A DNA stretch of 38,456 bases from Agromyces sp. (GTDB lineage Bacteria; Actinomycetota; Actinomycetes; Actinomycetales; Microbacteriaceae), in contig DASUVU010000068.1 of NCBI GenBank assembly GCA_036378815.1, positions 1-38,456 on the forward strand, written 5' to 3'. A model generated the notes under the pieces. That model was not told the origin of the DNA. It ran no database searches and worked only from the letters and a program-made list of their open reading frames with translations. The stretch's first letter is position 1, and each line of letters opens with the position of its first letter. The position numbers and the translations under genes are program-made. Positions 30,024-38,456 of the stretch are shown one piece after another.

Positions 30024-31354
30024 GCCTCGCCACGATCCCCGAAGTGCTCGACGCGCTGCGCGCAGGCAAGCCCGTCATCGTCGCCGACGACGAGGCCCGA
30101 GAGAACGAGGGCGACGCGATCATGGCGGCCGAGTTCGCCACGCAGGAGTGGATCGCGTGGATGGTGCGCCACACGAGCGGCTTCCTCTGCGCTCCCATGC
30201 CGGCCGAGGTCGCCGACCGCCTCGAACTCCCGCTGATGACCGAGCGGAACGAAGACGTCCGAGGAACGGCGTACACCATCTCGGTCGACGCCGCCGACCG
30301 GAACTCGACGGGCATCAGCGCCGCCGAGCGCGCCCACACCCTGCGCGTCCTGGCCGACCCCGACTCCGGTCCCGAGCACCTCATCCGCCCGGGCCACGTG
30401 CTGCCACTGCGCGCGGTCGACGGCGGCGTGCGGGAGCGCGCCGGGCACACCGAGGCCGCCGTCGACCTGCTCCGCCTCGCGGGCCTCTCCCCCGTCGGGG
30501 TGATCGCCGAGATCGTCGAGGACGACGGCGAGATGATGCGCCTGCCGGGGCTGATCGAGCTCGGCGAGCGCGCGGGACTCCCGGTCACGACCGTGGCGGC
30601 GCTCATCGACTGGCTTCGCGAGCGGCATGGCGGGTTGGACCTCGCGACGCCGACCGGTGCGACCGCCTCGGTACCCGAGTCGTCCCTCGTGGCGTTCGAA
30701 GTCGAGACCGAGCTGCCGACCGAGCACGGCGTCTTCCGGGTGCGCGCCTACCGCGACCGCCGTACCGGCGCCGACCACGTCGCGATCATCGCGGGCGAGC
30801 CGGCGGCGGATCCGCGCGGCGCGATCGTCCGCGTGCACTCCGAGTGCCTCACCGGTGAGGCCTTCGGATCGCTCAAGTGCGAGTGCGGGCCCCAGCTCGA
30901 CGCCGCGCTCGAGGCGATCCAGGACGAGGGCGGCGTGGTCATCTACCTGCGCGGCCACGAGGGCCGGGGCATCGGCCTCATCAACAAGCTGCGTGCATAC
31001 CGACTGCAGGAGGACGGCCTCGACACGCTCGACGCCAACCTCGCGCTCGGGCTCCCGATCGACGCCCGCGACTACAGCGCCGCGACCGCGATCCTCGCGG
31101 ACCTCGGCATCGACACGGTGCGGCTGCTCACGAACAACCCCGAGAAGGTCCGCCAGCTCGAGGCCCGCGGCATCCGTGTCTCCGAGCGCGTGCCGCTGGT
31201 CGTCGGCGTCGGAGCCGGCAACGCCGGATACCTCCAGACCAAGCGCGCCCGCATGGGGCACGCGATCGACGATCGGCAACTGGCCGACACCTCGACGGAG
31301 CTCAGCGGAACGGCCGCTGATCCCGAGACCATCCTGGAAGGACACGCATCGTGA
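30020..31354 (+). CDS. ribBA: Bifunctional DHBP synthase / GTP cyclohydrolase II
   Basis: [31 protein letters not shown]; RVHSECLTG...KCECG, EGRGIGL.NK, LLTNNP.K. Confidence 0.95.
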   Translation: MSLATIPEVLDALRAGKPVIVADDEARENEGDAIMAAEFATQEWIAWMVRHTSGFLCAPMPAEVADRLELPLMTERNEDVRGTAYTISVDAADRNSTGISAAERAHTLRVLADPDSGPEHLIRPGHVLPLRAVDGGVRERAGHTEAAVDLLRLAGLSPVGVIAEIVEDDGEMMRLPGLIELGERAGLPVTTVAALIDWLRERHGGLDLATPTGATASVPESSLVAFEVETELPTEHGVFRVRAYRDRRTGADHVAIIAGEPAADPRGAIVRVHSECLTGEAFGSLKCECGPQLDAALEAIQDEGGVVIYLRGHEGRGIGLINKLRAYRLQEDGLDTLDANLALGLPIDARDYSAATAILADLGIDTVRLLTNNPEKVRQLEARGIRVSERVPLVVGVGAGNAGYLQTKRARMGHAIDDRQLADTSTELSGTAADPETILEGHAS

Positions 31355-31821
31355 GCGGCAAGGGCTCCCCCGACCTCGACATCGACGGCACCGACATCCG
31401 GGTGGTGATCGTCGCGGGCAGCTGGCACGAGGAGATCTCGAACGGGCTGATCGCGGGCGCGACGCGCGCCCTCGAGGCATCCGGTGCGTCGCACGAGCTC
31501 ATCCGGGTGCCCGGGAGCTTCGAGCTGCCCGTGGTCAGCAAGGCGGCCCTCGAATTGGGCGCCGACGCGGTCGTCGCCCTCGGGGTGATCATCCGAGGCG
31601 GCACGCCGCACTTCGAGTACGTCTCAGCGGCGGCGACCGACGGCCTCACGCGGGTGGCGCTCGACACGGGCAAGCCGGTCGGCTTCGGGGTGCTCACGCT
31701 CGACGACGAGCAGCAGGGGCTCGACCGTGCCGGCCTCCCGGGCTCGAAGGAGGACAAGGGCCGCGAGGCGGCCGAGGCGGCGATCGCCACGGTGCGCGCG
31801 CTGCGCAGCCTGACCGGATGA
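31351..31821 (+). CDS. ribH: 6,7-dimethyl-8-ribityllumazine synthase
   Basis: [34 protein letters not shown]. Confidence 0.95.
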   Translation: MSGKGSPDLDIDGTDIRVVIVAGSWHEEISNGLIAGATRALEASGASHELIRVPGSFELPVVSKAALELGADAVVALGVIIRGGTPHFEYVSAAATDGLTRVALDTGKPVGFGVLTLDDEQQGLDRAGLPGSKEDKGREAAEAAIATVRALRSLTG

Positions 31822-31909
31822 GCCCGCGGCATCCGTCGTTCGATTGATTCCGGCCCGACCCCCGGCCGTCGGCTGGCGCCGAGGCTCTCGCGGCTCCTAG
31901 GCTCGGGGC

Positions 31910-32266
31910 ATGGACATCCTTCGCATCATCCTCCTGATCCTGCACTTCGTCGGCCTCTCGATGCTCCTCGGGGGCTTCCTCGTGCAGGCGAAGGCCGTCG
32001 CACAGGGCAAGGGCACAGTGGTGCGGGCGATGATCGACGGCGCGCTCACCCAGTTGATCACCGGGCTCCTCCTCGTCGCGACCATCGAGATGGGCGACCT
32101 GGGCGACGTGAACAACGTGAAGATCGGCGTGAAACTCGTCATCGCGATCGTCATCACGGTGCTCGTCTTCATGTACCGCAAGAGGACCCCGGCGCCGTCG
32201 TGGGCGCTGTGGACGATCGGCGGGCTGACGCTCGCGAACGTCATCATCGCGGTCGCGTGGCGATGA
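31910..32266 (+). CDS. Small integral membrane protein (about 4 TM), function unknown
   Basis: Four hydrophobic segments, LHFVG and KIGVKL motifs, strong codon bias, TAGGCT-N6-ATG. Confidence 0.75.
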   Translation: MDILRIILLILHFVGLSMLLGGFLVQAKAVAQGKGTVVRAMIDGALTQLITGLLLVATIEMGDLGDVNNVKIGVKLVIAIVITVLVFMYRKRTPAPSWALWTIGGLTLANVIIAVAWR

Positions 32267-32291
32267 GGGGGTCGGGCATCCGGTTTCCGGA

Positions 32292-32313
32292 TCGTATACG
32301 ACAGGCGTAAACT
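32292..32313 (+). promoter_or_regulatory. Candidate MFS promoter: palindrome TCGTATACGA plus -10 TAAACT
   Basis: Palindrome at 32292-32301, 6 nt upstream of TAAACT (32308-32313). Confidence 0.5.
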
Positions 32314-32415
32314 TGTCCGGTTGCCACAAGCGACCGTTCCTCGATCCGCACGCCGACCCCGTCCGACCGACGTCCCCGTGCGGCTCCATCGATTCAACGG
32401 AGCCTTCCGCACGAC

Positions 32416-33840
32416 ATGTCCTCTCCAGATACCTCGACCTCTCCGGCGGCAACCGCAGCACCCGCCAACCCGCGCAGCCGGGTCGTACTCGCCAGCCTCA
32501 TCGGCACGACCATCGAGTTCTACGACTTCTACGTCTACGCCACCGCGGCGGTGCTCGTCTTCCCGCACCTGTTCTTCCCGACCGGTGACCCGACGACGGC
32601 CCTGCTGTCGTCGTTCGCGATCTTCGGTGCCGCCATGGTGGCCCGCCCCCTCGGCGCGATCTTCTTCGGCCACCTCGGCGACAAGCACGGCCGCAAGGCC
32701 ACCCTCGTCGGCGCGCTGCTCACCATGGGAATCGCGACGTTCCTCATCGGCGTGCTGCCTACCTACGCCCTCGTCGGCTGGTTCGCCCCGCTGCTGCTCG
32801 TCATCCTCCGCCTCGCGCAGGGCTTCGCGCTCGGCGGCGAGTGGTCGGGCGCGGCGCTCGTGGCGACCGAGAACGCTCCCGCGGGCAAGCGCGCCTGGTA
32901 CGGCACGTTCCCGCAGCTCGGCGCCCCGCTCGGCTTCATCATCGCGAACGGCCTCTTCCTGATCATCGCCGCGATGCTCCCGTCGGACGACCCGACCCGG
33001 CCGTCGCAGGCGTTCCTCGACTGGGGTTGGCGCATCCCATTCCTGTTCTCGATCGTCATGGTGGCGGTCGGCCTGTGGGTCCGACTGCGGCTCGTGGAGT
33101 CGGCGGCGTTCTCGAAGGCGTCGAAGGAGGGCAGGCTCGCGAAGCTGCCGCTCGCCACGGTCTTCCGCAAGTACTGGAAGCAGCTCATCCTCGGAACGTT
33201 CTTCATGCTCGCCACGTACGTGCTCTTCTACCTCATGACCACGTTCTCGCTCAGCTACGGACGCGCAGCCGTCGAACCGACCGACGGGTCGCTGCCCGGA
33301 CTCGGGTACTCGTACAACACATTCGTGCTGATGCTGATCGCCGGTGTCGTGTTCTTCGGCATCTTCACCCTCGTGTCGGGGCCGTGGGCCGACCGCTGGG
33401 GCCGCCGCAAGACCCTCATCTGGGTGACGGTCGGCATCATCGCGTTCGGCCTCGCCTGGGTGCCGCTGCTCGGTGCGGGCTTCATCGGCGTCATGGCCTG
33501 GCTCATCATCGGCTTCACCCTCATGGGACTGACGTTCGGACCGATGGGCGCACTCCTGCCCGAGCTGTTCCCCACGAACGTGCGGTACACCGGCTCGGGC
33601 ATCTCGTACAACGTGTCGTCGATCCTCGGCGCGGCGGTCGCACCGTTCATCGCGGTCGCGCTGTGGCAGGCCGGCGACGGCAGCCCCTTCTGGGTCGGCG
33701 TGTACCTCGCGGGCTCCGCGGTCCTCACGCTCATCGCCCTCCTGCTCTCCACGGAGACGAAGGACGTCGACTACGACGCTCCGGGCGACGACGCCGAGAA
33801 CCAGCTCGCCGAGGGCCGGGCCGAGGCCGCGGCGCTCTGA
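32416..33840 (+). CDS. MFS transporter, metabolite:H+ symporter (ShiA/YhjE-like)
   Basis: GTTIEFYDFYVY, RPLGAIFFGHLGDKHGRK, RLAQGFALGGEWSGA, WGWRIPFL, ELFPTNVRYTG. Confidence 0.92.
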   Translation: MSSPDTSTSPAATAAPANPRSRVVLASLIGTTIEFYDFYVYATAAVLVFPHLFFPTGDPTTALLSSFAIFGAAMVARPLGAIFFGHLGDKHGRKATLVGALLTMGIATFLIGVLPTYALVGWFAPLLLVILRLAQGFALGGEWSGAALVATENAPAGKRAWYGTFPQLGAPLGFIIANGLFLIIAAMLPSDDPTRPSQAFLDWGWRIPFLFSIVMVAVGLWVRLRLVESAAFSKASKEGRLAKLPLATVFRKYWKQLILGTFFMLATYVLFYLMTTFSLSYGRAAVEPTDGSLPGLGYSYNTFVLMLIAGVVFFGIFTLVSGPWADRWGRRKTLIWVTVGIIAFGLAWVPLLGAGFIGVMAWLIIGFTLMGLTFGPMGALLPELFPTNVRYTGSGISYNVSSILGAAVAPFIAVALWQAGDGSPFWVGVYLAGSAVLTLIALLLSTETKDVDYDAPGDDAENQLAEGRAEAAAL

Positions 33841-33861
33841 GGATCGGACCGCTCGCCCACG

Positions 33862-33913
33862 AGGGCGGATGCAGGGCGGATGCCGCGACCGACGGGTTCG
33901 CGGCATCCGCCCT
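33862..33913 (+). terminator. 16-bp stem-loop after the MFS gene made from inverted 10-mer copies
   Basis: AGGGCGGATGCCGCGA (33873-33888) pairs with TCGCGGCATCCGCCCT (33898-33913); AGGGCGGATGC is also directly repeated at 33862. Confidence 0.75.
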
Positions 33914-34058
33914 CGCGCCGTCATGATCGAGATCCTCGAGACGTCTCGAGACCCCTTCTCGACGTGCGGCCCCCGGCGTAGCATGGCCCGCGACAGGGGC
34001 CGCCGAGTCATCCGCCGGCAGTCGTCGACGCTCGGCCGCCCGGGACGGCGAGCGAGTG

Positions 34059-34484
34059 ATGAACATGACGATGGACATGATGAAGGGCGCCATGTCGTCG
34101 TCGGACATGCCCATGAAGGACATGGACCCGTCGATGATGCAGGAGTGTATCGAGGCCGTCTCAGCGTGCTCGCAGGCGTGCATCATGTGCGCCGACGCTG
34201 ATGCGGGCGAGGGCATGGGTCGATGCGCCGGGCTCTGCGCGAACTGCGCCGACGTCTGCGACACCATGGTGCGCATGCTGCTCCGCATGAACGGCATGGA
34301 CATGCAGGTCACCATGTCGATGATGCAGACGACGGTCATGATGTGCCGGGCCTGCTCGGCGGAGTGCATGAAGCACGCGGAGATGAGCGAGCACTGCCGC
34401 ATGTGCGCCATGGCCTGCGATCAGGCGGTCATGGCCATGGAGAAGATGATGGGCGCGATGAGGGAGTCGATGCCCACGGCCTGA
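34059..34484 (+). CDS. Met/Cys-rich four-helix-bundle protein, copper-storage-protein (Csp/DUF326)-like
   Basis: Repeated CxxxCxxC helices (CSQACIMC, CAGLCANCADVC, CRACSAEC, HCRMCAMAC) and KHAEMSEHC, as in Csp3; no signal peptide. Confidence 0.8.
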   Translation: MNMTMDMMKGAMSSSDMPMKDMDPSMMQECIEAVSACSQACIMCADADAGEGMGRCAGLCANCADVCDTMVRMLLRMNGMDMQVTMSMMQTTVMMCRACSAECMKHAEMSEHCRMCAMACDQAVMAMEKMMGAMRESMPTA

Positions 34485-34494
34485 GTCGCCGGAT

Positions 34495-34848
34495 TCAGGC
34501 GTCGGCGACGCTCCAGCGTGAGCCGCCGAGTGCCAGCACGCCGTACACCTCGTGCAGCGCGACGGGCTCGCCGGGGCGAAGCGCGCCTCGGAATGCGTCG
34601 TGGTGCCAGACGCGGTGCACGTCCCCGCCATCGAATTCGGCGAGGGTGGCGAAACCGTCGTCGTCGACATTCGCGACGATCGCGTCGATCCACCTGCTCG
34701 GGGTGGCCGCCGCGAGCCGCTCCTGCATCGGGTGCACGCCGTGTCCGGGGCGTCGACTCTCGCACGTCGCCGCCGTCTCGCAGCCGCGCATGCCCATGAC
34801 CTCGCCCGTGCGGGGCTCGGTGGCGGCGTGCGGCTCGCGGTACGGCAT
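34495..34848 (-). CDS. Hypothetical protein (117 aa) with Cys/His motifs
   Basis: GAGGAG RBS before ATG 34848; C-terminal part of track ORF 34495..35556; fills the gap between csp-like gene and psuG. Confidence 0.65.
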   Translation of the reverse strand: MPYREPHAATEPRTGEVMGMRGCETAATCESRRPGHGVHPMQERLAAATPSRWIDAIVANVDDDGFATLAEFDGGDVHRVWHHDAFRGALRPGEPVALHEVYGVLALGGSRWSVADA

Positions 34849-34999
34849 GAGGACTCCTCGGTCTCGGATGCCGCAACGATACGCGCGTGGCATCCGGATG
34901 TCGCTGCGGCACGTCACACATCGAAACACTCGCCGACGCCTTGGTCGTGGCCTCGACCCGGGCAGCGGGCCAACCCGGACGCCGTCGTAGCATGACCTC

Positions 35000-35917
35000 A
35001 TGCAGACCACTCCGCCCGCGATCCGGGTCTCCGACGAGGTGCGCTCCGCGGTCGACGAGGGTCGTCCGGTCCTCGCACTCGAGTCCACGATCCTGACCCA
35101 CGGGCTGCCCCGGCCCCGCAACCTCGAGGTGGCGCTCACGTCCGAAGCCCAGGTGCGCGACACCGGCGTGGTCCCGGCGACGATCGGCGTCGTCGACGGC
35201 GTGCCGGTCGTCGGGCTCACTCGGGCGGAGATCGAGCGGCTCTGCACGTCGGCCGAGGTCGTGAAGGTCAGCGTGCGCGACCTCCCGATCGTGCGAGCGC
35301 AACGCAGGGACGGCGGCACCACGGTGGCCGCCACCGCGTGGCTGGCGCACCGCTGCGGCATCCGGGTCATGTCCACCGGGGGCCTCGGCGGCGTGCACCG
35401 CGGCGCCGCCGAGACGTTCGACGAGTCGGCCGACCTCACGACCCTCGCCGCGACGCCCATCACGCTGGTGAGCGCGGGGGTGAAGTCCATCCTCGACATC
35501 GGCGCGACGCTCGAACGCCTCGAGACCCTGAACATCCCGGTGGTGGGCTTCCGCACGAACCGGTACCCGGGCTTCTACGTCGCCGACTCGGGGTTCGGCC
35601 TCGACTACCGGATCGAGAGCCCGGCGGATGCCGCAGAGCTCGCGCGAGCCCGCGACGAGCTGGGTCTCCCGGGCGCCGTGCTCGTCGCCAACCCCGTGGA
35701 CGCGGCGAAGCAGCTCGACCCCGAGTTCCACGACCGCGTCCTCGGGGAGGCGCTGGCTGCGGCATCCGACGCTGGAATCAGCGGCCACGACACGACCCCG
35801 TTCCTGCTCGACCACGTGCAGCGGGCCACGGGCGGACGGAGCCTCGAGGTGAACCTCGAGGTGTACCGGGGCAACGTCGCCCTCGGCGCGGAGATCGCAC
35901 GTGCCGTCGCCGCGTGA
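35000..35917 (+). CDS. psuG: Pseudouridine-5'-phosphate glycosidase
   Basis: ALESTILTHGLP.P.N, PATIG, GTTVAAT, TGGLGGVHRG, DESADL, GVKSILDI..TLERLET, TPFLL, SLEVN. Confidence 0.93.
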   Translation: MQTTPPAIRVSDEVRSAVDEGRPVLALESTILTHGLPRPRNLEVALTSEAQVRDTGVVPATIGVVDGVPVVGLTRAEIERLCTSAEVVKVSVRDLPIVRAQRRDGGTTVAATAWLAHRCGIRVMSTGGLGGVHRGAAETFDESADLTTLAATPITLVSAGVKSILDIGATLERLETLNIPVVGFRTNRYPGFYVADSGFGLDYRIESPADAAELARARDELGLPGAVLVANPVDAAKQLDPEFHDRVLGEALAAASDAGISGHDTTPFLLDHVQRATGGRSLEVNLEVYRGNVALGAEIARAVAA

Positions 35918-35921
35918 CCCG

Positions 35922-36800
35922 GTGCTGGCCGTGGTCGGCGACCTCGTCGAGGACATCGTGGTGTGGGCGGGCGAACCGGTCCGCTCCGCCACCGACACTG
36001 CCGCACGGGTCTTCCGAGCCCGCGGCGGCAGCGGCGCGAACGTGGCAGCCCTGGCCGCTCCCCACGTCTCGGCCCGGTTCATCGGCAGGGTCGGGGCTGA
36101 TGCCGCGGGCGAAGCGCTCGTCGCCGACCTCGCCGCGCTCGGGGTCGACGTCCGGGCGCAGCGCGACGGTCGCACCGGAACGGTCGTGCTGCTCGTCGAC
36201 GCGGAGGGCGAACGCACGATGTTCCCCGACCGCGCCGCCGCGGCCCGGCTCGAACGGGTCGACGACGCCTGGCTCGACGACGTCGCGTGGCTGCACCTCC
36301 CCGCCTACGGGTTCGAGCTGGAGCCGATGCGGAGCGAGATCGTGCGGCTCGCCGGGGTCGCGCACTCGGCCGGCGCGCGCGTGTCGGTGGATGCGTCGTC
36401 GACCGGCCTGCTCGCCGCGCTCGGCGTCGACCGTGCGCTCGGGCTGATCCGACGCATGGCTCCCGACGTGCTCTTCGCCAACGAGGACGAGGCCGCGCAG
36501 CTCGCGCTCACGGGTGGTGGCACGGTCGCGGCATCCGTCGCCCCCGTCGTGGTGATCAAGCACGGACCGCTGCCGACGGACGTCGTCGACGCGGGCGAGC
36601 TGGTCGCGCGCGTGGACGTGCCGCCCGTCGCCGACATCCGCGACCTCACCGGGGCGGGCGATGCGTTCGCGGCCGGGTTCCTCGCGGCCACCCTCGATGG
36701 GGCGGATGCCGCGACCGCGTGTGTCGCCGGGCACGCCCTCGCGGCATCCGTGCTCGCGAACCCCGGCGCGCACGCGACGCCGACCACCACCCCGCGCTGA
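35922..36800 (+). CDS. PfkB/ribokinase-family kinase (probable pseudouridine kinase by context)
   Basis: GGSGANVA, GRVGAD..G, FANEDEA, DLTGAGDAFAAG; start may be 35901 or 35922. Confidence 0.88.
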   Translation: MLAVVGDLVEDIVVWAGEPVRSATDTAARVFRARGGSGANVAALAAPHVSARFIGRVGADAAGEALVADLAALGVDVRAQRDGRTGTVVLLVDAEGERTMFPDRAAAARLERVDDAWLDDVAWLHLPAYGFELEPMRSEIVRLAGVAHSAGARVSVDASSTGLLAALGVDRALGLIRRMAPDVLFANEDEAAQLALTGGGTVAASVAPVVVIKHGPLPTDVVDAGELVARVDVPPVADIRDLTGAGDAFAAGFLAATLDGADAATACVAGHALAASVLANPGAHATPTTTPR

Positions 36801-36821
36801 CGACGAGCGCCGTCGCGCGAG

Positions 36822-37652
36822 TCAGACGAGACGCAGCTCGGCGTCGATCGCCGCTGCCGTCGCGAGCAGCCTCGGCAGGTATTCCGCCGTGACGTGTTCG
36901 ACCGTGTCGCGGGTCGCGCTCGTCGACACGTTGACGGCCGCGACGACGGAGCCGTCGCGCCCGTGCACGGGCGCCGCCACGGAACGCAGGCCGGGCTCGA
37001 GCTCGCCGTCGACGAGCGCCCACCCCTGCTCGCGCACTCGGGCGAGCTCGCCGCGCATCGCCTCCGCATCGGTCACCGTTCGCGCGGTGAGGGCGGAGAG
37101 GTCGGATGCCTCCAGCACGCCGATCGCGTCGGACTCGGGCAGCCCGGCGAGCAGGACCCGTCCCATGCTCGTGGCGTACGCGGGGAACCGGGTCCCGATC
37201 GTGATCCGCACGCTCATGATCCGGCGCGTGGGCACGCGGGCGATGTAGACGATGTCGGTGCCATCGAGCACGGCCGCCGAGACCGACTCGTCGACGCCGC
37301 GCGACAGCCGCTCGAGGTGCGGCTGGACGATCTCGGGCAGCGACAGGGCCGACAGGTAGCTGAATCCGAGCTCGAGCACGCGCGGCGTGAGTGCGAACCG
37401 CGCGCCGGCCGCGGAACCGGAGCCGGTCCCACCCGACGCGCGCACGTATCCCAGCGTCTCGAGCGTGCGCAGGAAGCGCCGTGCCGCGGCTCGGGGCATG
37501 TCCGCCCGGCGCGCGACCTCGCTGAGGCCGAGCTCGGGGTGGTCGGCGTCGAACGCGCGGATGACCGCCAGCCCGCGGGCGAGGGACTGCACGAAGTCGC
37601 CCGGCGCCGCGTGCGTCGCGAGGTCGACGGATGCCTCGTCCATCGCGCTCAC
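36822..37652 (-). CDS. IclR-family transcriptional regulator (PcaR/PobR-like)
   Basis: FVQSLARGLAVIRAF, RAAARRFLRTL, LTPRVLELGFSYL, GTRFPAYATSMGRVLLA, ELEPGLRSVAAP. Confidence 0.9.
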   Translation of the reverse strand: MSAMDEASVDLATHAAPGDFVQSLARGLAVIRAFDADHPELGLSEVARRADMPRAAARRFLRTLETLGYVRASGGTGSGSAAGARFALTPRVLELGFSYLSALSLPEIVQPHLERLSRGVDESVSAAVLDGTDIVYIARVPTRRIMSVRITIGTRFPAYATSMGRVLLAGLPESDAIGVLEASDLSALTARTVTDAEAMRGELARVREQGWALVDGELEPGLRSVAAPVHGRDGSVVAAVNVSTSATRDTVEHVTAEYLPRLLATAAAIDAELRLV

Positions 37653-37661
37653 GCCGTGCCC

Positions 37662-38456
37662 CTATCGCTCGAGGACGACGGCGAGCCCCTGGCCCACGCC
37701 GATGCAGATGGCGGCGACCGCCACACCGCCGCCGCGCCGCTTCAGCTCATGCGCCGCGTGCCCGACGATACGGCCGCCCGAGGCGCCGAGCGGGTGTCCG
37801 ATCGCGAGCGCGCCGCCGTGGATGTTGACGCGCTCGGGGTCGAGGTCGGGCCAGCCCTGGAGGTCGGCGAGCGACTGCGACGCGAAGGCCTCGTTGAGCT
37901 CGACGAGGTCGACGTCCGCCCAGGTCTTCCCCGCGCGCGCCAGCGCCTTGTTCGCGGCCTCGATGGGGGCGAGCGGGAACACGTCGGGATCGACGGCGTG
38001 CGCGGCCCGACCGGCGATCCGAGCGAGCGGCTCGCCCGGCAGCACGCCTTCGCCGGCAAGCAGCACCGCCGAGGCGCCATCGTTGATCGGCGAGGAGTTG
38101 CCGGCGGTCACGGTGCCGTCGCCGTCGGGTGCGAAGAGCGCCCTCAGACCCGCGAGCTTCTCCATCGACGTGTCGTCGCGGATGCCCTCGTCGCGTGCGA
38201 GCTCGGCACCTGGGACCTGCACGATCTCGCCGTCGTAGATGCCGTCGGCCCATGCCTTCGCGGCGAGCCGGTGCGAGCGCACGGCGAACTCGTCCTGCGC
38301 CTCGCGCGAGATGCCCCATTCCCGAGCGACCTTCTCAGCCGATTCGCCATTGCTGATCGTCCAGTGCTTCGGGAAGGCCGGGTTCACCATTCGCCAGCCG
38401 ATGGAGGTGTTCCAGAGCGTCTGGTTGCCGACCGACGGCCAGGCTCGCGAGGACTT
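37662..38456 (-). CDS. Thiolase (acetyl-CoA acyltransferase, PcaF-like), 5' part outside the window
   Basis: TAGNSSPINDGA, ELNEAFA, GGALAIGHPLGASG, ICIGVGQG; frame stays open to the window edge. Confidence 0.92.
   Translation of the reverse strand, partial: KSSRAWPSVGNQTLWNTSIGWRMVNPAFPKHWTISNGESAEKVAREWGISREAQDEFAVRSHRLAAKAWADGIYDGEIVQVPGAELARDEGIRDDTSMEKLAGLRALFAPDGDGTVTAGNSSPINDGASAVLLAGEGVLPGEPLARIAGRAAHAVDPDVFPLAPIEAANKALARAGKTWADVDLVELNEAFASQSLADLQGWPDLDPERVNIHGGALAIGHPLGASGGRIVGHAAHELKRRGGGVAVAAICIGVGQGLAVVLER

Noticed and set aside
35901-35930. Possible frameshift at the PfkB kinase start (GTGA overlap at 35914 is out of frame)
   Set aside because: In-frame GTG starts exist at 35901 and 35922 and the kinase domain is intact, so no frameshift is required.

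Overview
High-GC (roughly 70%, estimated by eye) actinobacterial chromosomal segment; gene content and order resemble Microbacteriaceae (Agromyces/Leifsonia/Microbacterium-like; inference). Left to right: APC amino-acid permease; LLM flavin monooxygenase plus flavin reductase; LpdA-type quinone reductase; a nucleoside uptake/catabolism region (punA, phospho-sugar mutase, orphan PTS EIIA, add, deoA, cdd, ABC transporter with two BMP lipoproteins); manC; sdhCDAB; YihY; xth; trpS; GNAT; a membrane-anchored HExxH protein; an FMN riboswitch with ribD-ribE-ribBA-ribH; a small membrane protein; an MFS transporter; a very Met/Cys-rich Csp-like protein; a hypothetical protein; psuG plus PfkB kinase; an IclR regulator; and a thiolase cut by the window edge. 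No mobile element, tRNA, rRNA or CRISPR array was seen. The strongest unexplained signal is non-genic: the 10-mer GCGGCATCCG/CGGATGCCGC occurs about 30 times (hand count; about 0.4 expected). It lies inside genes in three reading frames and as inverted pairs after genes, an arrangement like DNA-uptake or HIP-type sequences. Ten genes show a leaderless-promoter signature.
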